The notes beneath the pieces were generated by a model. That model was not told the origin of the DNA and made no database searches. It saw nothing but the letters and a program-made list of their open reading frames with translations. The translations under genes were made by a program, and so were the position numbers. A stretch of 64,000 bases of DNA from Eubacteriales bacterium (GTDB taxonomy: Bacteria > Bacillota > Clostridia > Acetivibrionales > JANLFN01). The stretch lies in assembly GCA_024655885.1 (NCBI GenBank), contig JANLFN010000003.1:30792-94791 (forward strand). The letters are read 5' to 3'. Positions 27,856 to 39,340 of this stretch are shown here, in pieces. Within the stretch, counting starts at the first letter, position 1. Each line of letters begins with the position of its first letter.

Positions 27856-27887
27856 CTGTGAAGCATCTCCCTTTTTCAGGGCAATTT

Positions 27888-29540
27888 TTACTTCTCTATG
27901 GTTGCATAATGCATGTAGATAAATCCGAGCATATCTGTTATCTGACCTTTCAGCTTCGGGCTTTCAAGGTTTTGATTTACGTAATAGTAGATGGGGCATG
28001 CGGGCACTTCATCCATAAATATCTTTTCCGCATCGTCCAAAGCCTTCCACCTTGCTTTCGGGTCGGCCGTCTTTTTGGCGGTCTCAATCAGCTGGTCGTA
28101 ATTTTTATTGCTCCAGTTGGTCTTGTTCTGGCCGGAGGTGGTGGTCCACATGTCAAGGAAGGTCATGGGATCGTTATAGTCCCCGATCCAGCCCATTCTT
28201 GCTATGGTGAAGTTCTTCTGGTCCAGCATTCCCTGGAGCACCTTCCACTCCATGTTGGGGGGTTTTACGGTAATTCCCAGGTTAGTCTTCCACTGCTCCT
28301 GTATGGCCTCCATAATAGCCTTGTGGCTGCTCATGGTGTTGTAGTATATCTCAAGCTCCGGGAAACCCTTTCCATCCGGATATCCAGCTTCTGCGAGAAG
28401 TTTTTTGGCTTCCTCTACATTGGGGGTTGTGGGAAGGTATGTCCCTGTTTCGCTCCTGAAATCCTTTCCGGCCTCCGACCCGGGAACATTGTAAGGCACA
28501 ACCCCAACGGCAGGCTTTTCACCGCGCTGGGTCACCTTTTCACAGATATACTGCCTGTCGATGGCCAGGGCCAGGGCTTTCCTCACCCTTACGTCGTTCA
28601 GCGGTTTTCTTGCCGTATTGAAGTAAAGGTAATAGGTGCCTACCATGGGGTATATTTTCTCTTTTCCCTCTTTTATGAGATTGGGCTGCTCCGCCTGAGG
28701 TATGAACTGGTTGACGAAATCGATCTCACCGGATTCAAAAGCGTTTAATGCGGCGGAGTCATCGCTGGTAAGCTTCCAGTGTATTTCCTTCAGCTGTATT
28801 TTGTCCTTATCCCAGTAATTTTCGTTCTTTTCAAGCACCAGCTCTTCCTTGTGCTTCCAATCCTTCATCTTAAAGGCACCGTTACCTATATAGGTTTCCG
28901 GCTTTTGAGTCCATTGGTCCTTGTACTGCTCAATGATGTCCTTCCTGACAGGCATATAGGTGGGGAAATGCATAAGGTCAAGGAAATAGGGCGTAGGATT
29001 TTGCAGGGTGACTTCCAGCGTCTTGTCGTCCACAGCCTTTACTCCCACATCCTCTGCCTTTGCTTTGTCCGAGTTGTACGCTTCGCCGTTTTTCAGATAG
29101 TACAGCTGGAAAGCATACAATGAAGCGGTCTTAGGGTCAAGCGCCCTTTTCCAGGCATACTCGAAATCCCCTGCGGTAACGGGTTTGCCGTCCGACCACT
29201 TGGCATTCCTCAAATGGAAGGTATACTTCAAGCCATCGGCGGATACGTCCCATTTTTCGGCAATGCCGGGAACAGTCTTGCCGTCCTTGTCAACCTTGGT
29301 CAGTCCTTCGAAGACGTGCAGGATATAAGTTCCCCCGTCTACAGACTGGTTCATTGCAGGGTCCAGCGTCTGCGGCTCTTCACCCATAATTGCATTCACT
29401 GTCCCTCCGGCGCCTGCGGCAGTGCTGCTGGGTGCGCCGGTTCCCGGTTCGGCAGGCTTGTTCCCGCCTTGTCCGCATCCGGCAAGCACTGAAGCCAGCA
29501 TAACCGCTGCCAGTAAAAAAGCCATAATCTTTTTTACCAT
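27888..29540 (-). CDS. oppA: oligopeptide ABC transporter substrate-binding lipoprotein (family 5)
   Basis: Lipobox LAGCGQ and 550 aa of SBP_bac_5-type sequence. Confidence 0.85.
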   Translation of the reverse strand: MVKKIMAFLLAAVMLASVLAGCGQGGNKPAEPGTGAPSSTAAGAGGTVNAIMGEEPQTLDPAMNQSVDGGTYILHVFEGLTKVDKDGKTVPGIAEKWDVSADGLKYTFHLRNAKWSDGKPVTAGDFEYAWKRALDPKTASLYAFQLYYLKNGEAYNSDKAKAEDVGVKAVDDKTLEVTLQNPTPYFLDLMHFPTYMPVRKDIIEQYKDQWTQKPETYIGNGAFKMKDWKHKEELVLEKNENYWDKDKIQLKEIHWKLTSDDSAALNAFESGEIDFVNQFIPQAEQPNLIKEGKEKIYPMVGTYYLYFNTARKPLNDVRVRKALALAIDRQYICEKVTQRGEKPAVGVVPYNVPGSEAGKDFRSETGTYLPTTPNVEEAKKLLAEAGYPDGKGFPELEIYYNTMSSHKAIMEAIQEQWKTNLGITVKPPNMEWKVLQGMLDQKNFTIARMGWIGDYNDPMTFLDMWTTTSGQNKTNWSNKNYDQLIETAKKTADPKARWKALDDAEKIFMDEVPACPIYYYVNQNLESPKLKGQITDMLGFIYMHYATIEK

Positions 29541-29646
29541 AATTTTCCTCCTATCTCATATATAATTTATTTCCGGAACAAACCCGGCATTTTGCAATAA
29601 TGCCCTTACCGGATTTACTCCCGGGCATATAAGCAGGGTTCCCCGC

Positions 29647-30627
29647 TTATTGGCAGTTCAAATGGCATGCACACATATGTCCCGGTGCGATTTCTTCAAA
29701 AGAGGGCTCCTCTTCGGCACACCTCCCTGTGGCGTACAGGCATCTTGTGCGGAACCTGCAGCCTGAAGGCGGATTTACCGGACTGGGAATATCTCCCTCC
29801 AGGATAATTCTCTCCTTTTTCCTGCTCAGGGCGGGATCAGCCACAGGTATAGCCGACAGCAGCGCCTGGGTATAGGGATGGGCAGGCCTTTTGTAAAGCT
29901 CCTCGCTATCCGCCAGCTCCACCAGCTTGCCCAGGTACATAACACCCACCCTGTTGCTGATGTGCTTGACCATGGAGAGGTCGTGGGCTATAAACAGGTA
30001 GGTCAGTCCCAGGGATTTCTGCAAATCCTCCAGCATATTCACGATCTGCGCCTGTATGGATACATCCAGGGCGGATATGGGTTCATCGCATACGATGAAC
30101 TGGGGCTGCACCGCAAGGGCTCTCGCTATTCCGATTCTCTGCCTCTGTCCCCCGCTGAACTCATGGGGATAGCGGTTGGCATGCTCTTTGTTTAAACCCA
30201 CCATCTCCAGCAGGGAAAATATCCTGTCCATCCTCTCCTTTCCCTTTGCAATCCTGTGTATGTCAAGGGGCTCTCCCACGATGTCCGCTACCGTCATGCG
30301 GGGATTGAGAGAAGCGTAAGGGTCCTGGAATATCATCTGCATTTCTTTTCTAAAGGGTTTCATTTCAACCCCGGTTATGTCCTGTCCGTTAAATATAATG
30401 CTGCCCTTTGTGGGCTCGTAAAGCCTTAAGGTGGTCCTCCCCGCCGTTGTTTTTCCACATCCGCTTTCACCCACCAGTCCCAGGGTTTCACCCTTTTTAA
30501 TGGAGAAGCTCACGTCGTCCACGGCTTTAAGCATCTGGGTCCCTTTGCCGCCCAGGCCCGCCTTAACGGGGAAAAACTTGGTAAGATTCCTGACCTCTAA
30601 TAAATACCGTGTATCACCGTCCATCAC
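29647..30627 (-). CDS. oppF: oligopeptide ABC transporter ATP-binding protein
   Basis: Walker [10 protein letters not shown], signature FSGGQRQR, and a C-terminal oligopeptide/dipeptide domain with Cys residues. Confidence 0.85.
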   Translation of the reverse strand: MMDGDTRYLLEVRNLTKFFPVKAGLGGKGTQMLKAVDDVSFSIKKGETLGLVGESGCGKTTAGRTTLRLYEPTKGSIIFNGQDITGVEMKPFRKEMQMIFQDPYASLNPRMTVADIVGEPLDIHRIAKGKERMDRIFSLLEMVGLNKEHANRYPHEFSGGQRQRIGIARALAVQPQFIVCDEPISALDVSIQAQIVNMLEDLQKSLGLTYLFIAHDLSMVKHISNRVGVMYLGKLVELADSEELYKRPAHPYTQALLSAIPVADPALSRKKERIILEGDIPSPVNPPSGCRFRTRCLYATGRCAEEEPSFEEIAPGHMCACHLNCQ

Positions 30628-31607
30628 ATTTCCCCCCTATGACCCTTTAAAAGAAGCCAGCAAGCGGCTCCATGGCCTTCACTTGGCTCAACGTATTCCG
30701 GTTTTGCCATATCACAGATTTTCATGGCCCTGGGGCACCTGGCCACGAAAGGACATCCCTGGGGCGCATGAATCATATCGGGAGGCTGCCCTTCGATGGG
30801 CTCTAACCGGTTTTTCCCCAGGTTAAGCCGCGGAATGCTGTTCAGCAGCCCCACCGTATAAGGATGGAGGGGCTGGTAAAAAATTTCATCCAGCTTTCCC
30901 TGCTCAACAATGATTCCCCCGTACATTACGATCACCCTCTCGCAGATATCCGCAACAACCCCCAGGTCATGGGTGATAAGAATGATGGCCATGTTTATCT
31001 TATTTTTAAGCTCCTTCATCAATTCAATGATTTGTGCCTGGATTGTCACGTCCAGCGCCGTTGTAGGTTCATCCGCTATCAGAAGCTTTGGCTCGCAGGA
31101 CAGCGCCATTGCAATCATAACCCTCTGCCTCATGCCGCCGCTGAATTCATGAGGGTACTGCTTCATACGGCCTTCCGCATTAGGTATTCCCACCAGCTTC
31201 AACATGTCCACGGCCTTTTGCCAGGCTTGCTGCCGCGGAATCCTGTTATGCTTGAGTATAGCCTCCACCATCTGGTTTCCCACTGTAAACACGGGGTTCA
31301 AACTGGTCATGGGATCCTGGAAGATCATGCCGATGGACTTTCCCCGGATATTTTGCATGGCCCTGTCATCATAATCATTCAACCGGACTCCGTCAAAAAG
31401 AATATCTCCGTCCACCATCCGGCCGTTGTCGGCCAGCAGCTTCATAACCGACAGCATGGTAACGCTTTTTCCGCTTCCCGATTCACCTACAATACCCACG
31501 GCTTCGCCGTGGGAAACACAGAATGAAATGCCGTTGACGGCGCAGACCTCGCCGGCATAAGTTTTGAAAGCGGTTCTCAGATTTTTTATTTCAAGCAGCT
31601 TTCCCAT
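30624..31607 (-). CDS. oppD: oligopeptide ABC transporter ATP-binding protein
   Basis: Walker A GESGSGKS and signature FSGGMRQR. The ATG at 31607 has a GGAGG RBS; the ORF runs to 31649. Confidence 0.85.
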   Translation of the reverse strand: MGKLLEIKNLRTAFKTYAGEVCAVNGISFCVSHGEAVGIVGESGSGKSVTMLSVMKLLADNGRMVDGDILFDGVRLNDYDDRAMQNIRGKSIGMIFQDPMTSLNPVFTVGNQMVEAILKHNRIPRQQAWQKAVDMLKLVGIPNAEGRMKQYPHEFSGGMRQRVMIAMALSCEPKLLIADEPTTALDVTIQAQIIELMKELKNKINMAIILITHDLGVVADICERVIVMYGGIIVEQGKLDEIFYQPLHPYTVGLLNSIPRLNLGKNRLEPIEGQPPDMIHAPQGCPFVARCPRAMKICDMAKPEYVEPSEGHGAACWLLLKGHRGEM

Positions 31608-31620
31608 TTCAGTCCTCCAT

Positions 31621-32613
31621 CTATTTTCTAATCCTTGGGTCAAGCGCATTCCTCAATCCATCGCCGAATAAGTTGAACACAAGCATGGTGATGCTAATGG
31701 CAAGCGATGGAAACAGCAGCAGGTAAAAGTAAGACCTTATTCCGCCCACGGCATCCGAAGCAAGTCCTCCCCAGCTGGGCACCGGCGCGTCCACTCCAAG
31801 GCCCACAAAGCTTAAGAAGGATTCGGTAAAAATGGCATCCGGGATTTGAAGCATGGTTGTCACAATAATGGGACCGATGCAGTTGGGTATCAAATGCCTT
31901 AAAAGGATACGGGGGCCGCCTGCCCCAAGGGCTTTGGCCGCAGTGATGTACTCCTGCTCCTTAAGGCTCAGGATCTGTCCCCTCACGATTCTTGCCGTGA
32001 CGATCCAGTAGGATATGCCTATGGCAATATATATGCTGATCAAGCCCGCCCCTGCGGATTTGAAGGCAGAGAACAGCGGCAGCTCGAACAGGCTTGTAAG
32101 GCTTGGCTTCAATACGACGGTGAGAAGGATGACATAAAGCATCAGCGGAATGCTGTAGATTATGTCACAGATCCTCATCATGATGGAATCGACCTTGCCT
32201 CCCACATAACCGGAAATCCCTCCGTAGAGTACTCCTATCACAATGTTTATAAGGCTGGCCACTATGCCGATGCTTAAGGAGATCCTCCCCCCGTAAAGCA
32301 CCCTTACCAGCATATCCCTGCCCAGGCTGTCGGTGCCCATGGGATGCTGCCAGCTGGGCCACTGCTTTTCCTGGCCTCTGAGCTGGTCCGAATAGGAGTA
32401 GGGCGACAGGAGGGGACCTATGATGGAAAGCGCAAAAATGAGGATGATAATCCCCAGGCTTACCATGGCCACCTTGTTCTTTTTAAGCCGGCGCCATACG
32501 TCTCTCCAGTATGTGAGACCAGGCTCCGAGGTCTTTTTTATATCCATCTGCTCTTTTTCCAGAGGCATAAAAAGTTCATCCGATAATTGCATACCTGCCA
32601 ATTGCATATGCAC
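31621..32613 (-). CDS. oppC: oligopeptide ABC transporter permease
   Basis: BPD_transp_1-type permease with an EAA-like loop (AAKALGAGGPRILLRHLIPN). The start is ambiguous among several Met codons. Confidence 0.8.
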   Translation of the reverse strand: MHMQLAGMQLSDELFMPLEKEQMDIKKTSEPGLTYWRDVWRRLKKNKVAMVSLGIIILIFALSIIGPLLSPYSYSDQLRGQEKQWPSWQHPMGTDSLGRDMLVRVLYGGRISLSIGIVASLINIVIGVLYGGISGYVGGKVDSIMMRICDIIYSIPLMLYVILLTVVLKPSLTSLFELPLFSAFKSAGAGLISIYIAIGISYWIVTARIVRGQILSLKEQEYITAAKALGAGGPRILLRHLIPNCIGPIIVTTMLQIPDAIFTESFLSFVGLGVDAPVPSWGGLASDAVGGIRSYFYLLLFPSLAISITMLVFNLFGDGLRNALDPRIRK

Positions 32614-32619
32614 ACCTCT

Positions 32620-33540
32620 CTACTGTTTTAGTTTTATCCTGGGATCGATCAATACATATACCACATCCACAACAAAATTCATTAATATCAAAAAAGCCGC
32701 ATAAAAAACGGTAATGCCCATGATTGTCGTATAGTCCCTGTTGGATATACTTTCCACATAAAACCTGCCCAGTCCCGGAATGTTGAATATTTTCTCTATG
32801 ACGAAACTGCCTGTAAGTATGGTGGCGATCAGCATACCCAGGTAGGTTATTACGGGCATTATGGAGTTCTTCAGCGCGTGCTTGAATACCACAACCCCTC
32901 GGGACAGCCCTTTGGCCCTTGCCGTCCGGATATAGTCCTGTTCAAGGACTTCAACCATATTGGAGCGGACAAGCCTGGCAATAAACGCCAGTGGAAAAAA
33001 CGAGAGTGCAACGGCCGGAAGCACCATGTGCTTGAAGGAAGTGAAGCCCATAACCGGAAGCCACTTGAGCCTAACCGATATAAAATACTGGGTCAGCGTA
33101 GCCACCACAAAGCTGGGCACGGTAACGCCGATGGTGGCGATAATCATGGACACGTTGTCCTGCCACCTGTCCCTTTTCAAAGCGGACAGGATTCCCAGGG
33201 GTATGCCTAAAATCAGGCACAGCAGTATGGAAAAGGAGCCTAAAAGGGCTGACTTGGGAAAATGCTGGGCGATGATATCGTTGACCCTTCTCCCCTCATT
33301 GACCATGGACATGCCGAAGTCCAGGTGGACTATGTTGTTCAACTGGATTAAATACTGCTGGAACAGGGGTTTGTCCAGGCCGTACTTCGCTTTGATGTTG
33401 TTGACGATGGATTGGGGCAGGGGCTTCTCGGTGGTGTAAACACCCCCCGGTATCGCATGGGATAAAAAGAAAGTAATGGTGATAATGATAAAAAGAGTCA
33501 GAACAGAATAAGCAAACCTTTTAACCAAATATTGCGCCAA
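32620..33540 (-). CDS. oppB: oligopeptide ABC transporter permease
   Basis: 306 aa. MAQYLVKRF...YIRTARAKGLSRGVVVFKHALKN is typical OppB/DppB. TTG start. Confidence 0.85.
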   Translation of the reverse strand: MAQYLVKRFAYSVLTLFIIITITFFLSHAIPGGVYTTEKPLPQSIVNNIKAKYGLDKPLFQQYLIQLNNIVHLDFGMSMVNEGRRVNDIIAQHFPKSALLGSFSILLCLILGIPLGILSALKRDRWQDNVSMIIATIGVTVPSFVVATLTQYFISVRLKWLPVMGFTSFKHMVLPAVALSFFPLAFIARLVRSNMVEVLEQDYIRTARAKGLSRGVVVFKHALKNSIMPVITYLGMLIATILTGSFVIEKIFNIPGLGRFYVESISNRDYTTIMGITVFYAAFLILMNFVVDVVYVLIDPRIKLKQ

Positions 33541-33888
33541 ATTAAAGCACCCCTTTTAAAAAATGCATATATATGAAATCCATGTCATAAAAATGCATAA
33601 TTATACTCTTGTCCCAAACCGCAAAGAAACTAAACACCCAAACCTGGTTGATCCGCTGCGCTTCCGGATGAGTGTTTAGTTTACGTCGATATGCTAACAC
33701 AATATTTATTTTTTATAAGCCTTTTTTACCCCATTGAGCGGTAAAACCATTTATTTCCCGAAAACCGTTTCACTGTCGGTTAAATTGCCTTGAGTCCTTT
33801 TAGATTTAAGGACATTTTCGCACATTAAATATAGTTTAACAGTAATTTAACATCTTTTCAACAGGAATTCCATGGTATGCCAAGAATT

Positions 33889-33911
33889 ATAAAAAAGGAG
33901 CGCTTACGTCC
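33889..33911 (-). terminator. probable terminator after leuB
   Basis: Minus strand reads GGACGTAAGCGCTCC (bulged stem) followed by TTTTTTAT. Confidence 0.45.
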
Positions 33912-33920
33912 AAACAAGAA

Positions 33921-35006
33921 TTATCCTATTTTTTCTATCTCTTCTCCGATGAGCCTTCCCATTTCCCTGGTGCCTGTTAATCGGGCACCTTCCGACATAA
34001 TGTCCCCTGTCCTGTACCCTCTGTCCAGCACATTTTTGACCGCTCTTTCAATAAGGTCCGCGGCTTGGTCCAGTTCAAGGGAATACTTCATCATCATTCC
34101 CAGGGATAATATGGCGGCAATGGGGTTTGCCTTATCCTGTCCCGCTATATCGGGGGCAGACCCGTGTATGGGTTCATACAGTCCAAGCTTGCCGCTTCCC
34201 AGGCTGGCGGAAGGCAACATGCCTATGGAACCCGTAATCATTGAAGCTTCATCGGACAGTATGTCTCCAAACATGTTGGACGTGAGGATCACGTCGAATT
34301 GGGCCGGGTTTCTCACAAGCTGCATGGCCGCGTTATCCACATACATGTGGTTCAGCTCCACCCGGGGATAGTCCCGGGCAATCCTGACCACCACTTCCCT
34401 CCACAGCCTAGAGCTCTCAAGCACATTGGCCTTGTCCACCGAGGTGACCCTCCTGCTTCTCTTCATGGCGGCCTCAAAAGCCACCCTGGCTATTCTTTCC
34501 ACTTCCTCCGCACTATAGGTTTCGGTGTCAAAGGCAGCCTCCGGCATGCCTTCCTGCCGCAGCCGCCCCTTGTGGCCGAAGTACATGCCGCCCGTCAGCT
34601 CCCGGACCACCAGAATATCAATGCCGTCTTTAATAATATCCCCCCGCAGCGGAGACGCGCTTTTAAGAGCGTTATAGATCACGGCAGGCCGCAGGTTTGC
34701 AAACAGCTCCAAGCCTGCGCGGATTCCCAGCAGCCCCGCTTCAGGCCTCATATTCCCCGGCAGGCTGTCCCATTTAGGCCCGCCCACGGCCCCCAGCAGC
34801 ACCGCGTCACATTTTTTGCACAGCTCCAATGTGGCGGCGGGCAGCGGTTCACCACAGGCATCAATGGCACACCCGCCGATTTTTCCCTGATGCAGCACAA
34901 ATTCATGGCCAAATTTCCTCCCGACGGCCTTGAGGATTTCTACCGCCTGGGCCGTAACCTCCGGACCGATTCCATCCCCCGGCAGTACCGCTATATCGTA
35001 TTTCAT
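33921..35006 (-). CDS. leuB: 3-isopropylmalate dehydrogenase
   Basis: [43 protein letters not shown]. Confidence 0.9.
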   Translation of the reverse strand: MKYDIAVLPGDGIGPEVTAQAVEILKAVGRKFGHEFVLHQGKIGGCAIDACGEPLPAATLELCKKCDAVLLGAVGGPKWDSLPGNMRPEAGLLGIRAGLELFANLRPAVIYNALKSASPLRGDIIKDGIDILVVRELTGGMYFGHKGRLRQEGMPEAAFDTETYSAEEVERIARVAFEAAMKRSRRVTSVDKANVLESSRLWREVVVRIARDYPRVELNHMYVDNAAMQLVRNPAQFDVILTSNMFGDILSDEASMITGSIGMLPSASLGSGKLGLYEPIHGSAPDIAGQDKANPIAAILSLGMMMKYSLELDQAADLIERAVKNVLDRGYRTGDIMSEGARLTGTREMGRLIGEEIEKIG

Positions 35007-35062
35007 CTGTTTACCTCCACTCTCTCTATTAAACGTTAAACGCTAAACCGCTTTTTGAACTC

Positions 35063-35563
35063 TCAACTCTCCACTCTCAACTGCTTTTTAATGTATCCTA
35101 TCAGGCCGTCAGAAGCCATAATCTCCTGCATGAATTCAGGAAACGGCACTCCAGCATATTCCTTTCCTTTTGTAAGGTTGGTTATTTTTCCCGTTTCAAA
35201 CTCTACGGCCACATCGTCGCCGTCGTCAATGCCCCTGGCGGCTTCGGCGCATTCAATGATGGGAAGTCCTATGTTGATGGCATTCCTGTAAAATATCCTG
35301 GCAAAGGTTTCAGCAATAACGCAGGCTATTCCCGAGGCCTTGATGGCGATGGGCGCATGCTCCCTTGAAGAGCCGCAGCCAAAGTTTTTACCCGCCACAA
35401 GGATATCCCCCCGGCGGATCTTTTTCAAAAAATCCCTGTCCAGGTCTTCCATGCAGTGTTTTGCCAGTTCTGCGGGATCCGATGTATTTAAGTACCTGGC
35501 AGGGATGATTACGTCGGTGTCCACATTATTGCCGTATTTAACCGCCTTGCCTTTCGCTTTCAT
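35063..35563 (-). CDS. leuD: 3-isopropylmalate dehydratase small subunit (short, type 2)
   Basis: 166 aa. [14 protein letters not shown] aconitase swivel-domain motif. Confidence 0.85.
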   Translation of the reverse strand: MKAKGKAVKYGNNVDTDVIIPARYLNTSDPAELAKHCMEDLDRDFLKKIRRGDILVAGKNFGCGSSREHAPIAIKASGIACVIAETFARIFYRNAINIGLPIIECAEAARGIDDGDDVAVEFETGKITNLTKGKEYAGVPFPEFMQEIMASDGLIGYIKKQLRVES

Positions 35564-35742
35564 GTTTCACACTCTCCTTTCAAATGCTGCTTTAGATACT
35601 GTTTAACGTTGAACGTCTAGGGTTTAAAAGTCTAAGGCTGAACGCGCAGCTGTAAATATGCTCTCACTCGTATGGCCCCTACGCTTTCAAACGCCACCCC
35701 TTCGACAAAAATATAAACTTTAAACCTTGAATGATTCTGTGT

Positions 35743-35772
35743 CTCAGCCCTCAGCTTCTCAGCCTTCTCAGC
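35743..35772. repeat. CTCAGC micro-repeat immediately after the leuC stop codon
   Basis: CTCAGCCCTCAGCTTCTCAGCCTTCTCAGC. Its reverse complement contains GGCTGAGAAGCTGAG, identical to 8856-8870. It is part of an unusual 210-bp leuC-leuD spacer. Confidence 0.75.
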
Positions 35773-35773
35773 T

Positions 35774-37039
35774 TCAATATTCCAGTTCTTCCGGTGAAGC
35801 CAGTTTCCCCGCTACTGCGGAAGCAGCCGCCACCGCCGGACTGGCGAGGTATACCTCGCTTTCCGGGTCTCCCATCCTGCCCACAAAGTTCCTGTTGGTG
35901 GTGGCTACCGCCCTTTCTCCTTTGGCCAGGATGCCCATATGCCCGCCAAGGCACGGCCCGCAGGTGGGCGTGCTCACAGCAGCTCCCGCATCGATGAAAA
36001 TATGGAACAGGCCCTCGCTCATGGCCTGTTTCCATATTTTCTGGGTGGCCGGGATGATAATGCACCGTACCCCCGGATGGACTTTCCTGCCCTTTAAAAT
36101 TTCTCCCGCGATCCTTAAATCCTCAATTCTTCCGTTGGTGCACGACCCGATCACCACCTGGTCTATCTTCACATCCCCTACATTATCAATGGTTCTTGTG
36201 TTTTCAGGCAAATGGGGGAATGCGACCGTAGGCTTTACGGCACAGAGGTCTATTTCGTAAACGGCGGCATACGCCGCATCCCCATCCGCGGTGTAAACCT
36301 TATAGGGCTTGGAAGAGTGCTCCTTCACATACTCGATGGTCCTGTCGTCCACCTCGAAAATGCCGTTCTTGCCGCCCGCTTCTATGGCCATATTGGCCAT
36401 GGCAAACCTGTCATCCATGGACAGGTGCCTGAGCCCGTCTCCGGCAAACTCCATGGACTGGTACAAGGCCCCGTCCACCCCGATCATGCCTATAATATGA
36501 AGGATGACGTCCTTTCCGCTCACCCATTTTCCCGGCTTGCCCTTCAGCACAAACTTTATTGCCTCCGGCACTTTGAACCAGGCTTCGCCTGTGGCCATTC
36601 CCGCAGCCATATCGGTGCTCCCCACCCCTGTGGAGAAAGCTCCCAGAGCGCCATAGGTGCAGGTGTGGGAATCCGCTCCGATGACCGCATCTCCCGGGAC
36701 AACCAGTCCCTTTTCCGGAAGAAGCGCATGTTCCACTCCCATCTGCCCTATTTCAAAGAAATTCACAATCCCCATTTCCCTGGCAAATTCCCTTATAAAC
36801 TTAACCTGCTCTGCCGATTTAATATCCTTATTGGGGGTAAAGTGATCAGGTACGATGGCAATCTTGTTTACATCAAAAACCCTGTCCAATCCGATTTTCC
36901 TGAACTCTTTCACAGCCACCGGCGTGGTGATATCGTTCCCTAAAACCATATCCACCTTGACCTTTACCAGCTGCCCCGCCTCCACCTTCTCCATCCCTGC
37001 ATGGTCCGCCAGAATCTTCTGGGTCATTGTCATTCCCAT
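35774..37039 (-). CDS. leuC: 3-isopropylmalate dehydratase large subunit
   Basis: Aconitase family ([36 protein letters not shown]). The ATG at 37039 lies 8 nt after a GGGAGG RBS; the ORF runs to 37096. Confidence 0.9.
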   Translation of the reverse strand: MGMTMTQKILADHAGMEKVEAGQLVKVKVDMVLGNDITTPVAVKEFRKIGLDRVFDVNKIAIVPDHFTPNKDIKSAEQVKFIREFAREMGIVNFFEIGQMGVEHALLPEKGLVVPGDAVIGADSHTCTYGALGAFSTGVGSTDMAAGMATGEAWFKVPEAIKFVLKGKPGKWVSGKDVILHIIGMIGVDGALYQSMEFAGDGLRHLSMDDRFAMANMAIEAGGKNGIFEVDDRTIEYVKEHSSKPYKVYTADGDAAYAAVYEIDLCAVKPTVAFPHLPENTRTIDNVGDVKIDQVVIGSCTNGRIEDLRIAGEILKGRKVHPGVRCIIIPATQKIWKQAMSEGLFHIFIDAGAAVSTPTCGPCLGGHMGILAKGERAVATTNRNFVGRMGDPESEVYLASPAVAAASAVAGKLASPEELEY

Positions 37040-37219
37040 ATCCATAACCTCCCGGTAAATCCAGCCGACAATTTGCAGCTGGAAATCACTTTTCATATAT
37101 GCTAAACTATAATTCTAATTATATAACAGTTTATAATACAAAGATTATAAAACTTTAATACCTGCAGTTCTTCCTGTTAGTTGCCTAATATGCTTTGGCA
37201 TTATTAACGATTATTGACC

Positions 37220-37309
37220 TATAGCTACGGAACTGTAGAAATAAAAATTGGTATTGATCCATGGGGACACACCTCGGCAAGCAGGTACTCCTTTTTGAGG
37301 AATGTCCCT
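37220..37309. repeat. composite intergenic repeat (shared with 46885-46938 and 647-778)
   Basis: 37220-37275 TATAGCTACGGAACTGTAGAAATAAAAATTGGTATTGATCCATGGGGACACACC matches 46885-46938 with about 10 mismatches/indels. 37263-37309 GGGGACACACC...GAGGAATGTCCCT matches the units at 647-778. Confidence 0.75.
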
Positions 37310-37448
37310 GATGTCTCAATTTTGTAGCTTTGAAGTTCGTTCTCTATAAACGGGCTTTGCGTCGAATCATATTATTCCGCAAGCCGGCAAATGATATAAA
37401 CCGGGTTCCTTATTGAGAGGATTTACCCGAAAAAGGAGTGAAGCACCC

Positions 37449-38294
37449 ATGCATATCCCTGCAGTAATATGTAAAGCCATAAATTCAATGGTTCCCAAGC
37501 CCACACACCCTTTTAACCTGGCCGCCGGCGGCTGTTCTTCCTATTCGGAATGGCAGTTCGGCAGAGGGTACCTGGCGCTTGAGCATTACAAGAGGATGGC
37601 CGACGAGAGGCAGATGCTTGAGGGGAAAACCGTCCTGGATATCGGCTGCGGGGCGGGAGGGAAAACCGTATACTATGCAACCTTTAACCCCCGGCACATC
37701 TACGGGATCGACCTTTCTGAGGGCCTAATCGCCGAGGCGTCGGAATTCGCCGAGAAAAAAGGCCTTCAAAATAAAGTGACCTTCAAAATAGAAGATGCAT
37801 CAAGGCTTTCCTTCGAGGACAACTTCTTCGACTCCATTATAATGAATGACGCCGTGGAGCATCTGGATGACCCCGTCGCAGTGCTGAACGAGTGCTACAG
37901 GGTTTTAAAACAGGGAGGACGGCTTTATACCAACTTCCCTCCCTATTATCATCCCTATGGAGCCCATCTTTCGGATGTCATAGGAATCCCCTGGGTCCAT
38001 ATGTTTTTTTCTGAAAAGACCCTGATCAGGGTATATAAGGACCTGGTATCCGGCCTGCCTGACGCTCAAATGCGGATAGACTACAGAATAGGTACCGCAG
38101 CCGACGGGAAGGAGTACTTTACCCACATCAACAAAATGACCATTAGGCGCTTTGAATCCATCAAAAGAACCCTTCCCTTTAAAACGTCCTACTATTATCA
38201 CGTGCCTTTAAGGGGCTTTTTGAGCCTGCCGTCGAAAATTCCCCTTCTTCGGGAGGTATTTGTGAAGATGGTGGTATGCATTTTTGAGAAATAG
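37449..38294 (+). CDS. class I SAM-dependent methyltransferase
   Basis: VLDIGCGAGGKTVYYA (motif I) and FDSIIMNDAVEHL. ATG at 37449 sits behind a GGAG RBS; the ORF track starts at a TTG at 37413. Confidence 0.75.
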   Translation: MHIPAVICKAINSMVPKPTHPFNLAAGGCSSYSEWQFGRGYLALEHYKRMADERQMLEGKTVLDIGCGAGGKTVYYATFNPRHIYGIDLSEGLIAEASEFAEKKGLQNKVTFKIEDASRLSFEDNFFDSIIMNDAVEHLDDPVAVLNECYRVLKQGGRLYTNFPPYYHPYGAHLSDVIGIPWVHMFFSEKTLIRVYKDLVSGLPDAQMRIDYRIGTAADGKEYFTHINKMTIRRFESIKRTLPFKTSYYYHVPLRGFLSLPSKIPLLREVFVKMVVCIFEK

Positions 38295-38326
38295 CCCGTC
38301 AGGGCAAGGAAAGGCCCCCTGCCGTG

Positions 38327-39223
38327 CTATTTTCCGTTTGAGGCCTGCTTCCTGTACTGCAGGGGGGTAAGGCCGGCATACTTTTTAAAGATCTCGTTAA
38401 ACCTCTGTTGATTGGAAAACCCCACACTCAAGGCAATATCGCCGATCCGGCTGTCGGTCTCCGCCAGCAGCTCCTTAGCCCTTTCAACCCTGACCTTAAG
38501 AAGGTAGTTAATGGGGCTCATGCCCACCTCGTCCTTAAAAGCCCGGATGAAATAGCTGGAGCTTAAAAAGACATACTTCGAGATATCCTTGAGGGAAATA
38601 TCCCTCTCAAAATTGTTGTGGATGTAGCGGATGGATATCTGTATCAATTCCTTGAGTTTCGGGCTTTTTTCCTTAATACTGCTTTCCCACTCCATTTTGA
38701 GCGCCCTTGAAATAAGTACGAACAGCTCAAGCACCAATAGGTAGTTTAAAAACTCGCTCCCTATTTCACTGCTCTCCCTTTCCTTTAAAATTCTGTTCAG
38801 CAGTGTGATGATTTCATTTTTCTGGCTTACCTTAAGGCTTATAAAGGGGCCGGACCTCTTTCCGCGGACAAAATTGAGGAAATCGCCGAGGGACACCTCC
38901 GAATACCCGTCGTCCATTTTATTGACAAATTTGAAACTCAATACGATAAAGTCACAGCCCGGCTCCGACTTGACAATAAATTTATGGGGCTGGCCGGGCT
39001 TGATTATAACTATGTCGTTGGGTCCTAAAGGAGCCGGGGTGCCGGATATCTCAAACACCACATTCCCTCTTTTCATATATACCAGTTCATAGCACTCATG
39101 CCTGCTGGGCTCCATAGTCCAGCTGGTATCGTGAAACCGCTCTATGGTTTTAACAATCACAGGAAGAAAACTGGACGAACTCATCAAGCTTTCCCAGGTC
39201 TTGGGCAAAACATCGTTATCCAA
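38327..39223 (-). CDS. AraC-family transcriptional regulator (cupin sensor plus HTH)
   Basis: C-terminal double HTH (LKDISKYVFLSSSYFIRAFKDEVGMSPINYLLKVRVERAKELL...GFSNQQRFNEIFKKYAGLTPLQYR). Confidence 0.85.
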   Translation of the reverse strand: MDNDVLPKTWESLMSSSSFLPVIVKTIERFHDTSWTMEPSRHECYELVYMKRGNVVFEISGTPAPLGPNDIVIIKPGQPHKFIVKSEPGCDFIVLSFKFVNKMDDGYSEVSLGDFLNFVRGKRSGPFISLKVSQKNEIITLLNRILKERESSEIGSEFLNYLLVLELFVLISRALKMEWESSIKEKSPKLKELIQISIRYIHNNFERDISLKDISKYVFLSSSYFIRAFKDEVGMSPINYLLKVRVERAKELLAETDSRIGDIALSVGFSNQQRFNEIFKKYAGLTPLQYRKQASNGK

Positions 39224-39340
39224 AGACCATCACCCCTTTTCAATTCTTTTTACCCTGCAGGAAGCCGTATTTTTCACATTCTCCTGTGATAAAATTATAC
39301 CTTTTCCGAAGGGTCTATTCAACTGTGGTTTTTTTCTGCC

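Noticed and set aside
27888-33540. opp operon order BCDFA, with the binding protein last, as an anomaly
   Set aside because: Gene order in peptide ABC operons is variable among Firmicutes. The strong terminator after oppA fits a normal operon, so this is not noteworthy.
37040-37448. Possible Leu T-box or leader-peptide attenuator upstream of leuC
   Set aside because: There is no T-box consensus and no short Leu-rich leader ORF. The region is AT-rich promoter-like DNA plus the dispersed repeat.
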